Origin: a virus
DNA length: 59,554 nt
Virus record (IMG/VR): IMGVR_UViG_3300045988_097246
Reading direction: 5' to 3' (one strand)
Part shown: one piece after another, positions 9,901 through 19,383 of the stretch
Numbering within the stretch: the first letter of the stretch is position 1
Layout of the letters: every line of letters starts with the position of its first letter
The notes under the pieces: generated by a model
Told to the model about the DNA's origin: nothing
Databases searched by the model: none
The model's input: only the letters and a program-made list of their open reading frames with translations
Program-made: the position numbers and the translations under genes

Positions 9901-12483
9901 AAAAAATTCAAGTGGAAAGGTTTAGGAAAAGCTATAGGCAATTCTATTAAAGCCGCGCTTGAAGCTGAAACAAACTTCTTTAAAAAAGTAAACTGGGTAA
10001 ATCTTGGAAAAGGTTTGTCGAAAACTCTTAATTCAGCTATCAAAACAGGAGTTTTGCAGTCGTACTTTAAATCAATGGCAAGTAAGTTAAGGGCGGCTAT
10101 TGAGACAGCGTTTGGAGCAATTACTACTTTTGATTTTAAAGGACTTGGAAATGCGTTAGGACAGGGAATAAATGACTTTTTTAAGACAATGAATAAGAAA
10201 AATAAGCAGACTGGTCTTAATGGTTGGCAAGAACTTGGAAAGAGTTTAAGTGACGGAATAAAAGGGATAGCAGATAGTATTACGACTGCACTTGATACTG
10301 TTGATTGGGAACAAGTAGGACAAGCTATTGCTGATTTTATCGGTTCTATTGATTGGGGTGGAGTTGTTTGGTCACTAGGCAAAATGGCGAAATCTTTAGT
10401 TAAAGCAATAGGGACAACGATTACAGCACAAACAAAAGAAGACCCAGTTTCAGGAATAATTACAATAGGAATTTTAGCCTTTACTTTAAGAAAAGGCTGG
10501 AAAAAGCTACTTGCAATATTGCTTGGAAGTAAAATTGGAAAATCTAAAATAAGTGTAGGACTTTCAAGAGTTTTTGCTGTTATAAAAGCATGGTCTATAT
10601 CAAAAATAAGCAAGGCGGCTAAGGCTCTTGCAACAAAGATTAAATCAGGAATCGGCAAAATAGTTGTCACATTTAAAAATGTATATGCAAGTATTAAAAA
10701 TTGGATAGCAAGCGGTGCAAAAATTAGTGATTTGATAAAAGCTGTAAAAACAGCATTAGGCATACAAAAGGGACTGACATTGTCGAATATCGCTGTTAAG
10801 ATTGCTACAAAGCTACCAACATTAGCAAATCCCGATATGGCGGCTGATGAACTAGCAAGAAATATTGATGAATGGTTTACAAACAAAATTTGGAAGCCAC
10901 TTTGCAAAAAAGTTTCTTGGCTTGACGAAAACTCACCTATGGGTGTTTTTCAAGTACCTGTAAAATTAGCTATAAAGATAGGCACAACAATAAAAGACTT
11001 TTTCGGAGATACTTGGGATGATACGACAGCCATGACATCCGGAATTGATGTGGGAAACGATATGGCAAACGGAGTTTTAAAGGGGTTTGCTAATGCGTTG
11101 GTATATCCTGCAAATTTCCTTTACAATCTTATTGTAAAACCTGTCAAAGAAGCATTAGGAATACATTCTCCGTCAACGGTATTTAAGGAGATTGCTGGAT
11201 TTTGCGTTGATGGTTTTATGAATAATTTTAATTTAAAGGACAAAATAAAAGAAAAACTTCAAAATTTAGGTAAAGCAACTATTGAACTTGGATTAAAAAT
11301 AAAAGGCAGTTTTGACGATAAAGCCAAAGAAATCAAGGAATGGTGGAACGGCAAAAAAGAAAAAGTGAAAACTTTAATGGCTAAAGCAAAAGGAGAAATT
11401 AGTAAAAAATTCGATGAAGTTAAAGAAAAATGGAATGGATTTAAGGAAAAAACTAAAAGTGTTATAGCCAAAGCTAAAGGTCAGGCAGATAAAGTATTCA
11501 GCAAAATTGTTGATGGTTGGAATAACTTTACTGACGAGACAAAAACTCTTTTTGCTAAAGCAAAGGGTAAAATCGAAGATAGCTTTAGCAAAGCGAAAGA
11601 AGCATGGGCTAGTTTTACTGAGGGTACTAAACAAATTTATGTATATGCTAAAGGTAAAATTGAAGATAAATTCAAAGAAGTGCAACAAAAATGGTCTGAG
11701 GTCAAAGGCGGCACAAAGGAGTTTTTGGCTAAGGCAAAAGCAACAATTTCAGATAAGTTTGACGAGTTATCCGAAAAATGGGGAAAAATAAAGTCTAAAG
11801 ATGCGATTGTCACTGCAAAAGCTACAATTAAAGATGGCGTTGACAAACTCGGTAGCATATGGAAAAGCGTTAAAACCAAAACGGCTACCTTAACAGGAAG
11901 AGCAGAAGAAAAAACCAAAGATGTTTTTAAGTCAATAAAAGATAAATGGAAAGAATTAACGAGTAAAACAGCAGTTTTAACAGCTACTTTTAAAGATATG
12001 TTCACAGCACCGTTAAAAAAGGCTTGGAATGCTATTGCTAGTGCAATTAACAAAGGCATTAAAACTATCAATAAAATACCGGGAGTTAGTATTCCCTCAG
12101 TACCTAAGTTGGCAAAAGGCGGTATTTTTGAAAATGGTTCGTGGCACAACATAGCAAAATATGCAAATGGCGGTACTCCAAACATGGGTCAGCTTTTCTA
12201 TGCAAGAGAAGCAGGTCCCGAACTGGTAGGCACACTCAAAGGCAGAGGAACAGCGGTCATGAACAACGACCAAATCGTTGCGTCAGTATCGCAAGGTGTG
12301 TCAGACGCAGTATATAATGTTATGACACCTGTTTTAACAAGTCTTGTAACAAGCATAAACCGCATGAATAGTAGCGGCACTCCTTTGTATGTCGAGGGTG
12401 TTTCTGAGGGTGATATAGTCAAGATAACGCAAAATGCCAACAGTAATTACAAAAAGCGTTACGGCAAACCTCTTTTCACTTAG
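6919..12483 (+). CDS. Tape measure protein
   Basis: About 1850-aa ORF after the chaperones. Coiled-coil repeats and a central hydrophobic/TM-rich region. GAGGTG lies 5 nt before ATG 6919. Confidence 0.9.
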   Translation: MELDSLELKVSAEAQSAEKTLDSLIGKLQSFSEALGGINTTSISKNLENLAKVGGLKTVTKEVEDLGKTVDNVGKKKTKTEVKVDVKQGLEAIAELQKRFENADKDIRFTGSTKQLEKQYDRLSNSLSKLFAKENAALDLGKASTGDEKFVRLERNIQSTINQLDTLKSKITEVQKAEQASKAQFFERENAKANQENKTAMMIPPESEMKKAAETYQKNMEKISSDTLPKHTGWDSQAELLKALKQSREGTTGALEGYDERIKKATADLKAVEKSGKGMGTEEWNNASIALRKVVAEAKWYENTLKEAAADLDLNIKSIKELEAEESKLVQKSNQLAGKKLVGSADYNETIYQLGRVREELDKQRIKITGASSALKGYDERISQAKINLANIQASGKGMGTSEWDTAKMALIKLENEAKRYKAALNQKALGLDTDIKSTDNLETKIKKLNLAIEQMRNRGIGFGDTNFDKLYQQLNQAEKELAEYKARLTESENSTRSFGSTLKSAATGFSNFISKIKNAGAATLNFAKNVRNMKSPLKLALGQISKLGNSVARLYFKYMMLSRVAGALGKVLGISSDYVEEYNYFQKAIDKIAQENKGNYKKYGYDDAKSYADSFEDRLTTLTGKMTGYKPDKNGNLIDTNAASLGLDITQVTNFEAQIAQMTNSVGMMGEASIATSKAMTMLAGDMSSLTNMPLDTVMKNFSSGLSGAAMAVKKYGMDISVATLQETALGLGVKKNVSDMTQAEKEYLRVITMLQQSKVAWGDLAKTINSPANQFRMLKSNIKQCGLMLSRLFMPVIQKVLPWLNAMAMAVKDLMKHIGDLFGLKFDSSLGSKDSDTSDTYDDVSDSADNAADSINDAADAQKKFNKQLQGFDKLNNLTTNETSKKDSDKDKNGTGDVSGVLSDALINAVEDYEKRWNKAFKSMTSDADNLKEKIEKLFTTAWDTGDGTEIGEALATTLNKGIDWVNENTSKWAKGLKKITSIMGTSLNGFVKKFKWKGLGKAIGNSIKAALEAETNFFKKVNWVNLGKGLSKTLNSAIKTGVLQSYFKSMASKLRAAIETAFGAITTFDFKGLGNALGQGINDFFKTMNKKNKQTGLNGWQELGKSLSDGIKGIADSITTALDTVDWEQVGQAIADFIGSIDWGGVVWSLGKMAKSLVKAIGTTITAQTKEDPVSGIITIGILAFTLRKGWKKLLAILLGSKIGKSKISVGLSRVFAVIKAWSISKISKAAKALATKIKSGIGKIVVTFKNVYASIKNWIASGAKISDLIKAVKTALGIQKGLTLSNIAVKIATKLPTLANPDMAADELARNIDEWFTNKIWKPLCKKVSWLDENSPMGVFQVPVKLAIKIGTTIKDFFGDTWDDTTAMTSGIDVGNDMANGVLKGFANALVYPANFLYNLIVKPVKEALGIHSPSTVFKEIAGFCVDGFMNNFNLKDKIKEKLQNLGKATIELGLKIKGSFDDKAKEIKEWWNGKKEKVKTLMAKAKGEISKKFDEVKEKWNGFKEKTKSVIAKAKGQADKVFSKIVDGWNNFTDETKTLFAKAKGKIEDSFSKAKEAWASFTEGTKQIYVYAKGKIEDKFKEVQQKWSEVKGGTKEFLAKAKATISDKFDELSEKWGKIKSKDAIVTAKATIKDGVDKLGSIWKSVKTKTATLTGRAEEKTKDVFKSIKDKWKELTSKTAVLTATFKDMFTAPLKKAWNAIASAINKGIKTINKIPGVSIPSVPKLAKGGIFENGSWHNIAKYANGGTPNMGQLFYAREAGPELVGTLKGRGTAVMNNDQIVASVSQGVSDAVYNVMTPVLTSLVTSINRMNSSGTPLYVEGVSEGDIVKITQNANSNYKKRYGKPLFT
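11314..12000 (+). repeat. About eight tandem ~28-aa repeats inside the tape measure (AKAKGxIxDKFxExKxKWxxFKExTK)
   Basis: Seen in the translated protein. A separate ~120-aa tandem duplication is at about 7560-8280 (GYDERI...SGKGMGT.EW occurs twice). Confidence 0.8.
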
Positions 12484-12488
12484 AAATA

Positions 12489-12517
12489 TTGCTATATCGT
12501 GTCAAATATGATATGAT
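12489..12517 (+). promoter_or_regulatory. Sigma-70-like promoter embedded in an inverted repeat
   Basis: TTGCTA, 17 nt, TATGAT. Arms TTGCTATATC (12489-12498) and GATATAGCAA (12515-12524) form a 10-bp inverted repeat. Confidence 0.55.
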
Positions 12518-12549
12518 ATAGCAAATATTGAAAAGGAGTGTGAACGGAT

Positions 12550-13368
12550 ATGAGAAAAAGATTTTTTACAAAGATTGTAGCAATTTTAGGAATAGCAACT
12601 CTTGCTATCTCCAGTATACATACTACATCTTATGCAGTATGTAATCACAGATGGGTTTTAGATTCTAGTTTTAGTGAAAAGCCCACATGTTCCGAGGCGG
12701 GTTATAATTGGTATGACTGCTCTATTTGTGGAGATTCTAAGAAAGTGACTGTTCCAGCAACAAGAGTACATAAATGGACTGAATGGAAAGCTGATGGTTA
12801 TTTATGTGAGGATGGAAAGTGGGAAAGATATTGCACTGAATGTTACAAAGAAGAAACAAAAGCAAGACAAGGTGATGGCTCACATTTATGGTCTAATTGG
12901 GAAGTGTGGACAGAAGCTGACTGTTTAAACAAAGGACAGGAAAGCAGATATTGTTATAATTGCTATCAAAGAGAATACAAGGATATTCCAGTTGATGACA
13001 CAAAACATGATTGGAGTAGTTGGAGTACATTGTGGGATGAAAGTGCAGAACCTACAATTTTTAAAAGCGGAAAACAGACAAGGCATTGTTATACATGTTC
13101 AAAAGTAGAAATAAAGAAAATACCTAAATTAAAGGCAACAGTTTCAATATCATGCAAGAGCAAAACTTTAAAAGTAGGTGAAAAGCTGAAATTAAAAATA
13201 AAGAAAAGAACTTATCCCGATGTATTGAAAAATTGGACTACTGACAATAAAAAAGTTGCTACAGTCAATAAAAAAGGAAAAGTTTCGGCTGTTAAAAAAG
13301 GGAAAGCTATAATAACTTTAAAAATGAAAAGTGGTTGTACAGCAACTTGTAAAGTAACAGTTAAATAA
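12550..13368 (+). CDS. Secreted Cys-rich repeat protein with C-terminal Big_2-like Ig domain (moron)
   Basis: Signal peptide MRKRFFTKIVAILGIATLAISSIHTTSYA. Four H.W..W...C...C..C repeats. The tail ...KVATVNKKGKVSAVKKGKAIITL... is Big_2-like. Confidence 0.6.
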   Translation: MRKRFFTKIVAILGIATLAISSIHTTSYAVCNHRWVLDSSFSEKPTCSEAGYNWYDCSICGDSKKVTVPATRVHKWTEWKADGYLCEDGKWERYCTECYKEETKARQGDGSHLWSNWEVWTEADCLNKGQESRYCYNCYQREYKDIPVDDTKHDWSSWSTLWDESAEPTIFKSGKQTRHCYTCSKVEIKKIPKLKATVSISCKSKTLKVGEKLKLKIKKRTYPDVLKNWTTDNKKVATVNKKGKVSAVKKGKAIITLKMKSGCTATCKVTVK

Positions 13369-13387
13369 AAAGTAGGTGTTGAAAAAA

Positions 13388-13894
13388 ATGAATAATGGTA
13401 AGAAAAAACATAAGATATTATGGATAATAGTTGGCATTGCAATAGCACTTTATGTATTGTCGGTAATCGGGGATGATAACTCAGATGATGATATGAAACA
13501 AATAGAACAAAGTTATACTTTACAAGAAATGAAGAATAAAAGTGTATCGTTTCCGTACAAAAAGGTTGCAAGAGAGCCTAAAAAATATGATGGACAATGC
13601 TTTAAGGTTAATCTTTACATTAGTGATGTAATAAACGACAGCGTAAAAACAGGATGTGAAAAGTATTATAAAGCATATGTGTATAACAAGAAAGAAAAGC
13701 AAGAAGATTATGATAAATTTGTTTGGCTGTATGATTATCAGACAAATGATGATAACCTTAATATATTAGAGGATGATGTTATCGAAGCATATACTGTTTT
13801 TAACGGAATGGGAGATACTGAAAATTCTCTTACTGGCGAAAAAACAAAAGATGTTGCATTGGATTTACATTATGCTAAGTTGATAAAAGAATAA
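13388..13894 (+). CDS. N-terminally membrane-anchored protein (moron; superinfection-exclusion candidate)
   Basis: TM segment ILWIIVGIAIALYVLSVIG followed by a soluble domain. TAGGTG RBS 9 nt before ATG 13388. Followed by a terminator. Confidence 0.5.
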   Translation: MNNGKKKHKILWIIVGIAIALYVLSVIGDDNSDDDMKQIEQSYTLQEMKNKSVSFPYKKVAREPKKYDGQCFKVNLYISDVINDSVKTGCEKYYKAYVYNKKEKQEDYDKFVWLYDYQTNDDNLNILEDDVIEAYTVFNGMGDTENSLTGEKTKDVALDLHYAKLIKE

Positions 13895-13914
13895 ATTAAA
13901 TTTTATAAAAACAC

Positions 13915-13941
13915 AAGACGGATTTAATATCCGTCTTTTTT
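13915..13941 (+). terminator. Rho-independent terminator closing the moron cassette
   Basis: AAGACGGAT-TTAAT-ATCCGTCTT followed by TTTT. Confidence 0.75.
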
Positions 13942-13984
13942 GATGCAAAAAAATCATTAACCTTAAAAAGTTAGAGGTAGAATT

Positions 13985-14434
13985 ATGGCATTTTCAAAAA
14001 GTAAGGGTCTTGTTTCCATTGCTACAGGATATAGTGGTGGGAACTACGAATATACCAAAATAGACCAATTCATAGCGGCAGATAATTTGAGTATCACTGC
14101 TGACAGGGCACAGGATTTAGATAGTTATGTCAACGCAAACGGTCATTTAAAGAGAAATGTTTTAAAGCATATGCGTGATGGCATTTCTTTTTCAACGGTT
14201 TATATGGGATATGAAAAAAAAGAAAAATTTATGTCAATTATTCGCAAAGGTATGAAACAGCATGGATGTATTGAACCGCCCGAAAAGAAAGTTCGTGTTA
14301 GGTACTTTAATGAATGGACTAACGATTACGAAACAGGATTTTTCTATATACCGGATGTTGAATGGAAATATGGCGGTACATATAAGGGGACACCGACATA
14401 TTTGCCTACGACATTTGAGTTAATAGAGTATTAG
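13985..14434 (+). CDS. Distal tail / baseplate protein (putative)
   Basis: 149 aa with a GAGGTA RBS. It is the first gene after the tape measure once the moron is ignored. Confidence 0.4.
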   Translation: MAFSKSKGLVSIATGYSGGNYEYTKIDQFIAADNLSITADRAQDLDSYVNANGHLKRNVLKHMRDGISFSTVYMGYEKKEKFMSIIRKGMKQHGCIEPPEKKVRVRYFNEWTNDYETGFFYIPDVEWKYGGTYKGTPTYLPTTFELIEY

Positions 14435-14446
14435 CGAGGTGAGACA

Positions 14447-17116
14447 ATGCTTAATCTTACAGATAGTGAAAAAGAGTGCTTTTATAAAAGCGGTGCGTAC
14501 TTTAATGACTATGAATTTAATTTTTCTGATTTGAATTTTACAATAACAAATGAGACATTACATCAAGAAAGCGTGACAATTAAAGAAAGCATATGTGATA
14601 GTGAAGATTTACAGTTAGGCGGTTGTATAGCATCATCGTGTGAATTTGAGGTGTCAGAACTTGCAGGGAAAGAACTTGCAGGACTGGAATTTACGGCAAG
14701 ATTATTAGTAAATGATGGTAAAGACGCAGTTGTAAAAATGGGTAAATATCGTGTTGATAGTGCAAAGCGTGTGAATGATAAAGACTATAGAAAAATTGTT
14801 GCTTATGATGCTTTATATGATGCACAAATAGATGTTTCCGACTGGTATAACAAAGTTTTCTATGTAGTATCTGAATATGAAGAAGTAGTTGCAGTTGGAG
14901 ATATTGATGATTTATGGGAACACGGAGACTATTATATTGATAATTCGGGAAGTAAACCACCTTGGATAGCGTTTTTTGCGAATGGTGCAGTACCCGAAGA
15001 AGCACATGACACAACATATCTTGATACATCAACAGGTAAATTGTATGAAGCACAAGATATTAACAAAGATGATGATAGTAAGGACGAACTGTATCGTTGG
15101 GTTGAAGTGTATCAATGTAAAAGGAAAACAACCACGAAGCGTATTTACGCAAAAACAACATTAAAAAAACTAAGAGAAAGTCTTTTAAATTACTTGAACA
15201 TTTCTTTTATAGAACAGAATTTAATAAATGATGATATAACTATCGAGAGGACATTTGATACTAGCGATACTGGTGAAATCATCGGCACAGATATACTAAA
15301 ATACATTTGTGAATTAAATGCTGGATTTGGAAAAATAAATCGTGATGGAAAATTTGAAGTAGTTCAATTGACAAGTGCGGGGTTATATCCCGAAGAAACA
15401 TTGTACCCATCTGAGGATTTATACCCCGAAGAAAGCAATTATGAGCTTTTAAGTGCAGAAGAAAACGAAGCTAATTATATTTCTGTAGCTTATGAAGAAT
15501 ATGAAACAGAAGCTATTACGGGTGTTATAGTAAAAAGCAATAGTGATAATGTTGGTCAAGTTGTAGGAACAAAAGATAATGCTTATATGCTTACTGGAAA
15601 TCCTTTGATATACAATAAGACCTCAGAAGATTTAACAAAAATCGGACAAAATATATTTGCAAAAATAAAAGGAATTACATACAGACCAAACACAACAACT
15701 TTAGAGGGGTTGCCGTACTTAGAAACAGGCGATTATTATATTCTGACAAAAAACAATGACGATGTAGGTTCGCCTATATTTACAAGGACATTGGCAGGAG
15801 TACAAGCGTTAAAAGATACGTTTGAAAGCAAGGGAAATAAACTAAGAGTAAACGAAGATAGTCAAACGTCAGAAATGATGACTTTACAGTCAAAAATGCT
15901 TAAAATTCAAAAAGGTGTTGACGGACTGTTGATAGAGGTTACAGACCTTGACGAAAATACAAGTTCAAGATTTGAACAGACAGCAAGCAAAATTGAAGCC
16001 GAGGTAAAAAGAGCAAGCAACGCTGAGGGAGAACTTTCGGGCAGGATAACTGTTACGGCTGATGCAATTACACAAGAAGTTACAAGAGCAAAAGGTGAAG
16101 AAACAAAGTTAAGCGGTAGAATAACTTTGACTGCGGAACAATTCTCTACTGAATTGTCTAATTTATCAGATAGTACAGATTCAAGATTCACTCAAACTTC
16201 AAATAGTATAACAGCTGAGGTTACAAGGGCAACGAATGAAGAGAATAGTTTATCGAGCAGAATATCAATAACTGAAAATGGAATATCACAAAAAGTGTCG
16301 AAAGGGGATGTGTGCAGTGAGATAAATCAATCATCAGATCAGATTACACTTAATTCTAACAGGCTTGTGGTTAATAGTTCTAACTTTAATCTTGACAGGT
16401 CAGGGAATGGAAAAATCGGTGGTTGGAATTTTGGTAATGGCTATATGTATTCTAATGGAGAATCGTTTATATCCACACATTCTTACACAAACTACTATCA
16501 ATGGAATGGCTATCCCTACAAGTCATCATTATATCAAGGTAAATTGATTTGTGGTGTTCAAACAGGCGCGGCAAGTACAGGCATACCTACAACAAGCTAT
16601 GGTTATTGTGACTTATCTGTTGCAGGATTTTATTCAAAAGATTTAGACATGAGTGCAGGATATTTGTTCGCTGTAGATGTAAAAAATGGTTCAGTTACAA
16701 CAAATACTGGAGCATTTACAGGCTCAGACAGGCGATTAAAAACTAATATTTCTGAAATAGATGAACAATATGCAAACGACTTGATAGATGGTTTAAAACC
16801 GTCAAATTATACAATGATTGACGGAAAGCGAACACATAGCGGATTTATAGCAGATGAAGTTAAGCAAACTGCTGAAAGGATTTTAGGTACTGTAGATAAC
16901 TTTGCCGCTTATGCGACTGTTAAAATTGATGAAGATAAAGAAGATTATGCGGCATTAAGATATGAGGAATTTATAGCACCTTTGGTAAAATATTGTCAAT
17001 GCTTAAAGAGAAATTTAAAGCAGGAAACAGCAAAAAATCAGCAATTACAATTTAAGCTTTTGAACTTACAAAGCGAATTTACGATATTAAAACAACAACT
17101 TTTAGGAGGTAATTAA
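14447..17116 (+). CDS. Tail tip/fibre protein with coiled-coil repeats and C-terminal peptidase_S74 intramolecular chaperone domain
   Basis: 889 aa. Repeats of the form ...RFEQTASKIEAEV.../...RFTQTSNSITAEV.... The C-terminal GSDRRLKTNISEI...GFIADEVKQ is the S74 signature and starts near nt 16724. Confidence 0.7.
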   Translation: MLNLTDSEKECFYKSGAYFNDYEFNFSDLNFTITNETLHQESVTIKESICDSEDLQLGGCIASSCEFEVSELAGKELAGLEFTARLLVNDGKDAVVKMGKYRVDSAKRVNDKDYRKIVAYDALYDAQIDVSDWYNKVFYVVSEYEEVVAVGDIDDLWEHGDYYIDNSGSKPPWIAFFANGAVPEEAHDTTYLDTSTGKLYEAQDINKDDDSKDELYRWVEVYQCKRKTTTKRIYAKTTLKKLRESLLNYLNISFIEQNLINDDITIERTFDTSDTGEIIGTDILKYICELNAGFGKINRDGKFEVVQLTSAGLYPEETLYPSEDLYPEESNYELLSAEENEANYISVAYEEYETEAITGVIVKSNSDNVGQVVGTKDNAYMLTGNPLIYNKTSEDLTKIGQNIFAKIKGITYRPNTTTLEGLPYLETGDYYILTKNNDDVGSPIFTRTLAGVQALKDTFESKGNKLRVNEDSQTSEMMTLQSKMLKIQKGVDGLLIEVTDLDENTSSRFEQTASKIEAEVKRASNAEGELSGRITVTADAITQEVTRAKGEETKLSGRITLTAEQFSTELSNLSDSTDSRFTQTSNSITAEVTRATNEENSLSSRISITENGISQKVSKGDVCSEINQSSDQITLNSNRLVVNSSNFNLDRSGNGKIGGWNFGNGYMYSNGESFISTHSYTNYYQWNGYPYKSSLYQGKLICGVQTGAASTGIPTTSYGYCDLSVAGFYSKDLDMSAGYLFAVDVKNGSVTTNTGAFTGSDRRLKTNISEIDEQYANDLIDGLKPSNYTMIDGKRTHSGFIADEVKQTAERILGTVDNFAAYATVKIDEDKEDYAALRYEEFIAPLVKYCQCLKRNLKQETAKNQQLQFKLLNLQSEFTILKQQLLGGN

Positions 17117-17117
17117 C

Positions 17118-17363
17118 ATGGTAAAATTAAATAAACAAACTACAGTGACAGGAGTAAGTGTATTAACTATTGACGGAGAAGAAAAACAGATTGCGTACAT
17201 GAGCGCAACTATTCCTGTCAGTGGGACACCGAACATAGGTCGGTCGATTCAAGATGTGGAATTATTTAATGCAAATAAAGAGGAAATATTGAAAGACTTT
17301 GCGGCATTTGACAATTATGTATATAGCCTTATGGAAACAGAGGAAACAAAAACAGCAGAATAA
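17118..17363 (+). CDS. Hypothetical tail-module protein
   Basis: AGGAGG RBS; 81 aa; tightly packed between the fibre genes. Confidence 0.45.
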   Translation: MVKLNKQTTVTGVSVLTIDGEEKQIAYMSATIPVSGTPNIGRSIQDVELFNANKEEILKDFAAFDNYVYSLMETEETKTAE

Positions 17364-17376
17364 GAGGTGACACACG

Positions 17377-18255
17377 ATGGCAGTAATAAAGGTTTACAGT
17401 CGAATAAATTGGCTTAATAAGTCGGAAAGTCTGACAACACCGCTTGGTAAAACAAACTTAAATAAGATGGATAAAGCAATCAATCTTATTGATGATGAAG
17501 TAGTATCAATGTCGGCTAAAATTGATGAAATTGACACTACAAAAGTAAGTGCAGACCAACTTAATAACATGGTGACTGATGTATCTTTTAATGATAAAAA
17601 TGGTGTTATCAGTATAACGAAGCACAATGGTACAGTTTTGAATATTGATACCGCAATGGAAAAAATAGCCGTAAACTTTGAGTATAACGCACAGACACAA
17701 CAGCTCATACTTACACTTGAAAACGGCGAAAAGCAATACGTTGATATGTCAGCTTTGATTACTCAGTATGAGTTTAAAGACACTGATACGATAGCTTTTA
17801 GCATTGATAGCAGTGGAAAAGTGAGTGCGTCTATCAAAAGTGGCAGTATAACAAAAGCTATGCTGTCAAGTGAAGTTATGTCGGCTATAACATTGTCAGA
17901 AAACAATGCGGCGGCATCAGCACAGGCGGCGGCTCAGTCGGCTACAAATGCTGAGTTAGACGCTAAGTTATCTCAGTCTTACAGCGTTGGTAAAAGCGGC
18001 ATCCGTGATGGGGAAAATACTGACAATGCAAAGTATTATTCAGAAAAAGCAGAAACAGTAAGTGCAAATGTGCCATCGTATTTAAAACAAATTGAAGATG
18101 CCGGAAACAGTCAAATAGACAAGATAAATGATGCATTTGGCAAAACAGAAGCCACTTTTAAAGTAAACTTTGAAACAGGGCATCTTGAATACACAGGAGC
18201 AAGATTTACTTTTGAAGTGGCGGATAACGGACATTTAAACTGGGAGGTAAATTAA
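17377..18255 (+). CDS. Tail fibre / baseplate upper protein-like
   Basis: 292 aa. An N-terminus of the form ...INWLNKSE..TPLGKTNLNKMD is common in Firmicutes phage fibre proteins. Contains an Ala/Gln coiled coil. Confidence 0.45.
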   Translation: MAVIKVYSRINWLNKSESLTTPLGKTNLNKMDKAINLIDDEVVSMSAKIDEIDTTKVSADQLNNMVTDVSFNDKNGVISITKHNGTVLNIDTAMEKIAVNFEYNAQTQQLILTLENGEKQYVDMSALITQYEFKDTDTIAFSIDSSGKVSASIKSGSITKAMLSSEVMSAITLSENNAAASAQAAAQSATNAELDAKLSQSYSVGKSGIRDGENTDNAKYYSEKAETVSANVPSYLKQIEDAGNSQIDKINDAFGKTEATFKVNFETGHLEYTGARFTFEVADNGHLNWEVN

Positions 18256-18257
18256 AT

Positions 18258-19373
18258 ATGGCAGACGCAGGAAGAATAGTAATAATACCTAAAGGGGAGT
18301 ATAAAAGTAATATAACATACGAAAGGTTAGATGCAGTTGAATACAATAACAACGGCTACATAGCTTTAAAAACAGTAACAGGCATAACACCTACAAACGA
18401 TGGGACGAACTGGACGTTGTATGTTAAAGGAACGCAAGTTGACAGCGAGTTATCGACCGCATCATCAAATCCCGTTGCAAACAAAGTGGTAGCAGAAGCT
18501 GTAAATGATATAGAAAAAGAAATTGGTATATTATCTCAAACCGTCACCCATAATATGCCCCGAATAGTTCCAAAAGACATTACATTATATATCACAGACG
18601 GAACATTCTATAAAAGATTAAACGGTACAGATGGTTTTGATTTATTTGAGGACATTTATGCAGGCGATTATATAAAAATGTCAAGACCTATCACATGCCC
18701 GAATCAAGACAGCTCGACGGCTACGACAGGGTCGCAATATGTAACAATCATCGGTTTAGATGCCTTACAAGGCAATGGAGATAACATAGTTGTGAATTAT
18801 CACCATGCAGTTATGACAGCAGGGCAGGGATTTGGTGGTGTACAGCATTTTGGTAAACATAGAATGAACAGTACAAATACAACGGTAGGTGGATATGTAG
18901 GCTCTGAAATGAATACAAGTATATTAGGAGCAGTTACTTCGAGCGGTTCTACTGCTAGTGATGCTACTATAAATCAACAATTGTACGCCGAATTTGGTTC
19001 ACACTTAAAAACCACGAGAGAATTATGTAGCAATGGCGTAAATGAAAGCGGTTATAATAGATTTGGTAGCAACACTGGTTGTTCTAACAGCTGGGCTTGG
19101 GGCAATTTTCAAGCTATTTTAATGAGCGAAATTGAAGTCTACGGGTCTACAGTTTGGAGTTCCAGTGGATATGATACAGGAAACGCAAAAATGCAGATGC
19201 CGTTGTTTACTCACAACAGACAAGCTATGGACAATAGAAGTAGCTGGTATTGGCTAAAGGATATGGCCTCGGATGCTTATGTTTGCAATTGTGACACTAC
19301 TGGCCGTGCGGACTACAGCGGTGCGAGCAATGTTCGGGGCTCTGTGCGTCCTCGCTTTATAATCGGAGCGTAG
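18258..19373 (+). CDS. Receptor-binding tail fibre protein (putative)
   Basis: 371 aa. It is the last gene of the tail module, and its N-terminus looks beta-rich. Confidence 0.45.
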   Translation: MADAGRIVIIPKGEYKSNITYERLDAVEYNNNGYIALKTVTGITPTNDGTNWTLYVKGTQVDSELSTASSNPVANKVVAEAVNDIEKEIGILSQTVTHNMPRIVPKDITLYITDGTFYKRLNGTDGFDLFEDIYAGDYIKMSRPITCPNQDSSTATTGSQYVTIIGLDALQGNGDNIVVNYHHAVMTAGQGFGGVQHFGKHRMNSTNTTVGGYVGSEMNTSILGAVTSSGSTASDATINQQLYAEFGSHLKTTRELCSNGVNESGYNRFGSNTGCSNSWAWGNFQAILMSEIEVYGSTVWSSSGYDTGNAKMQMPLFTHNRQAMDNRSSWYWLKDMASDAYVCNCDTTGRADYSGASNVRGSVRPRFIIGA

Positions 19374-19383
19374 CGAATCCGAA

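Noticed and set aside
9660-10907. 415-aa minus-strand ORF, plus several other long antisense ORFs (6897-7415, 8751-9230, 11637-12185) inside the tape measure gene
   Set aside because: They lie entirely antisense to a 1850-aa gene with clear protein character and lack RBSs. Their Phe/Leu/Ser/Ile-rich low-complexity composition is typical of the reverse complement of Lys/Glu/Ala-rich coding sequence.
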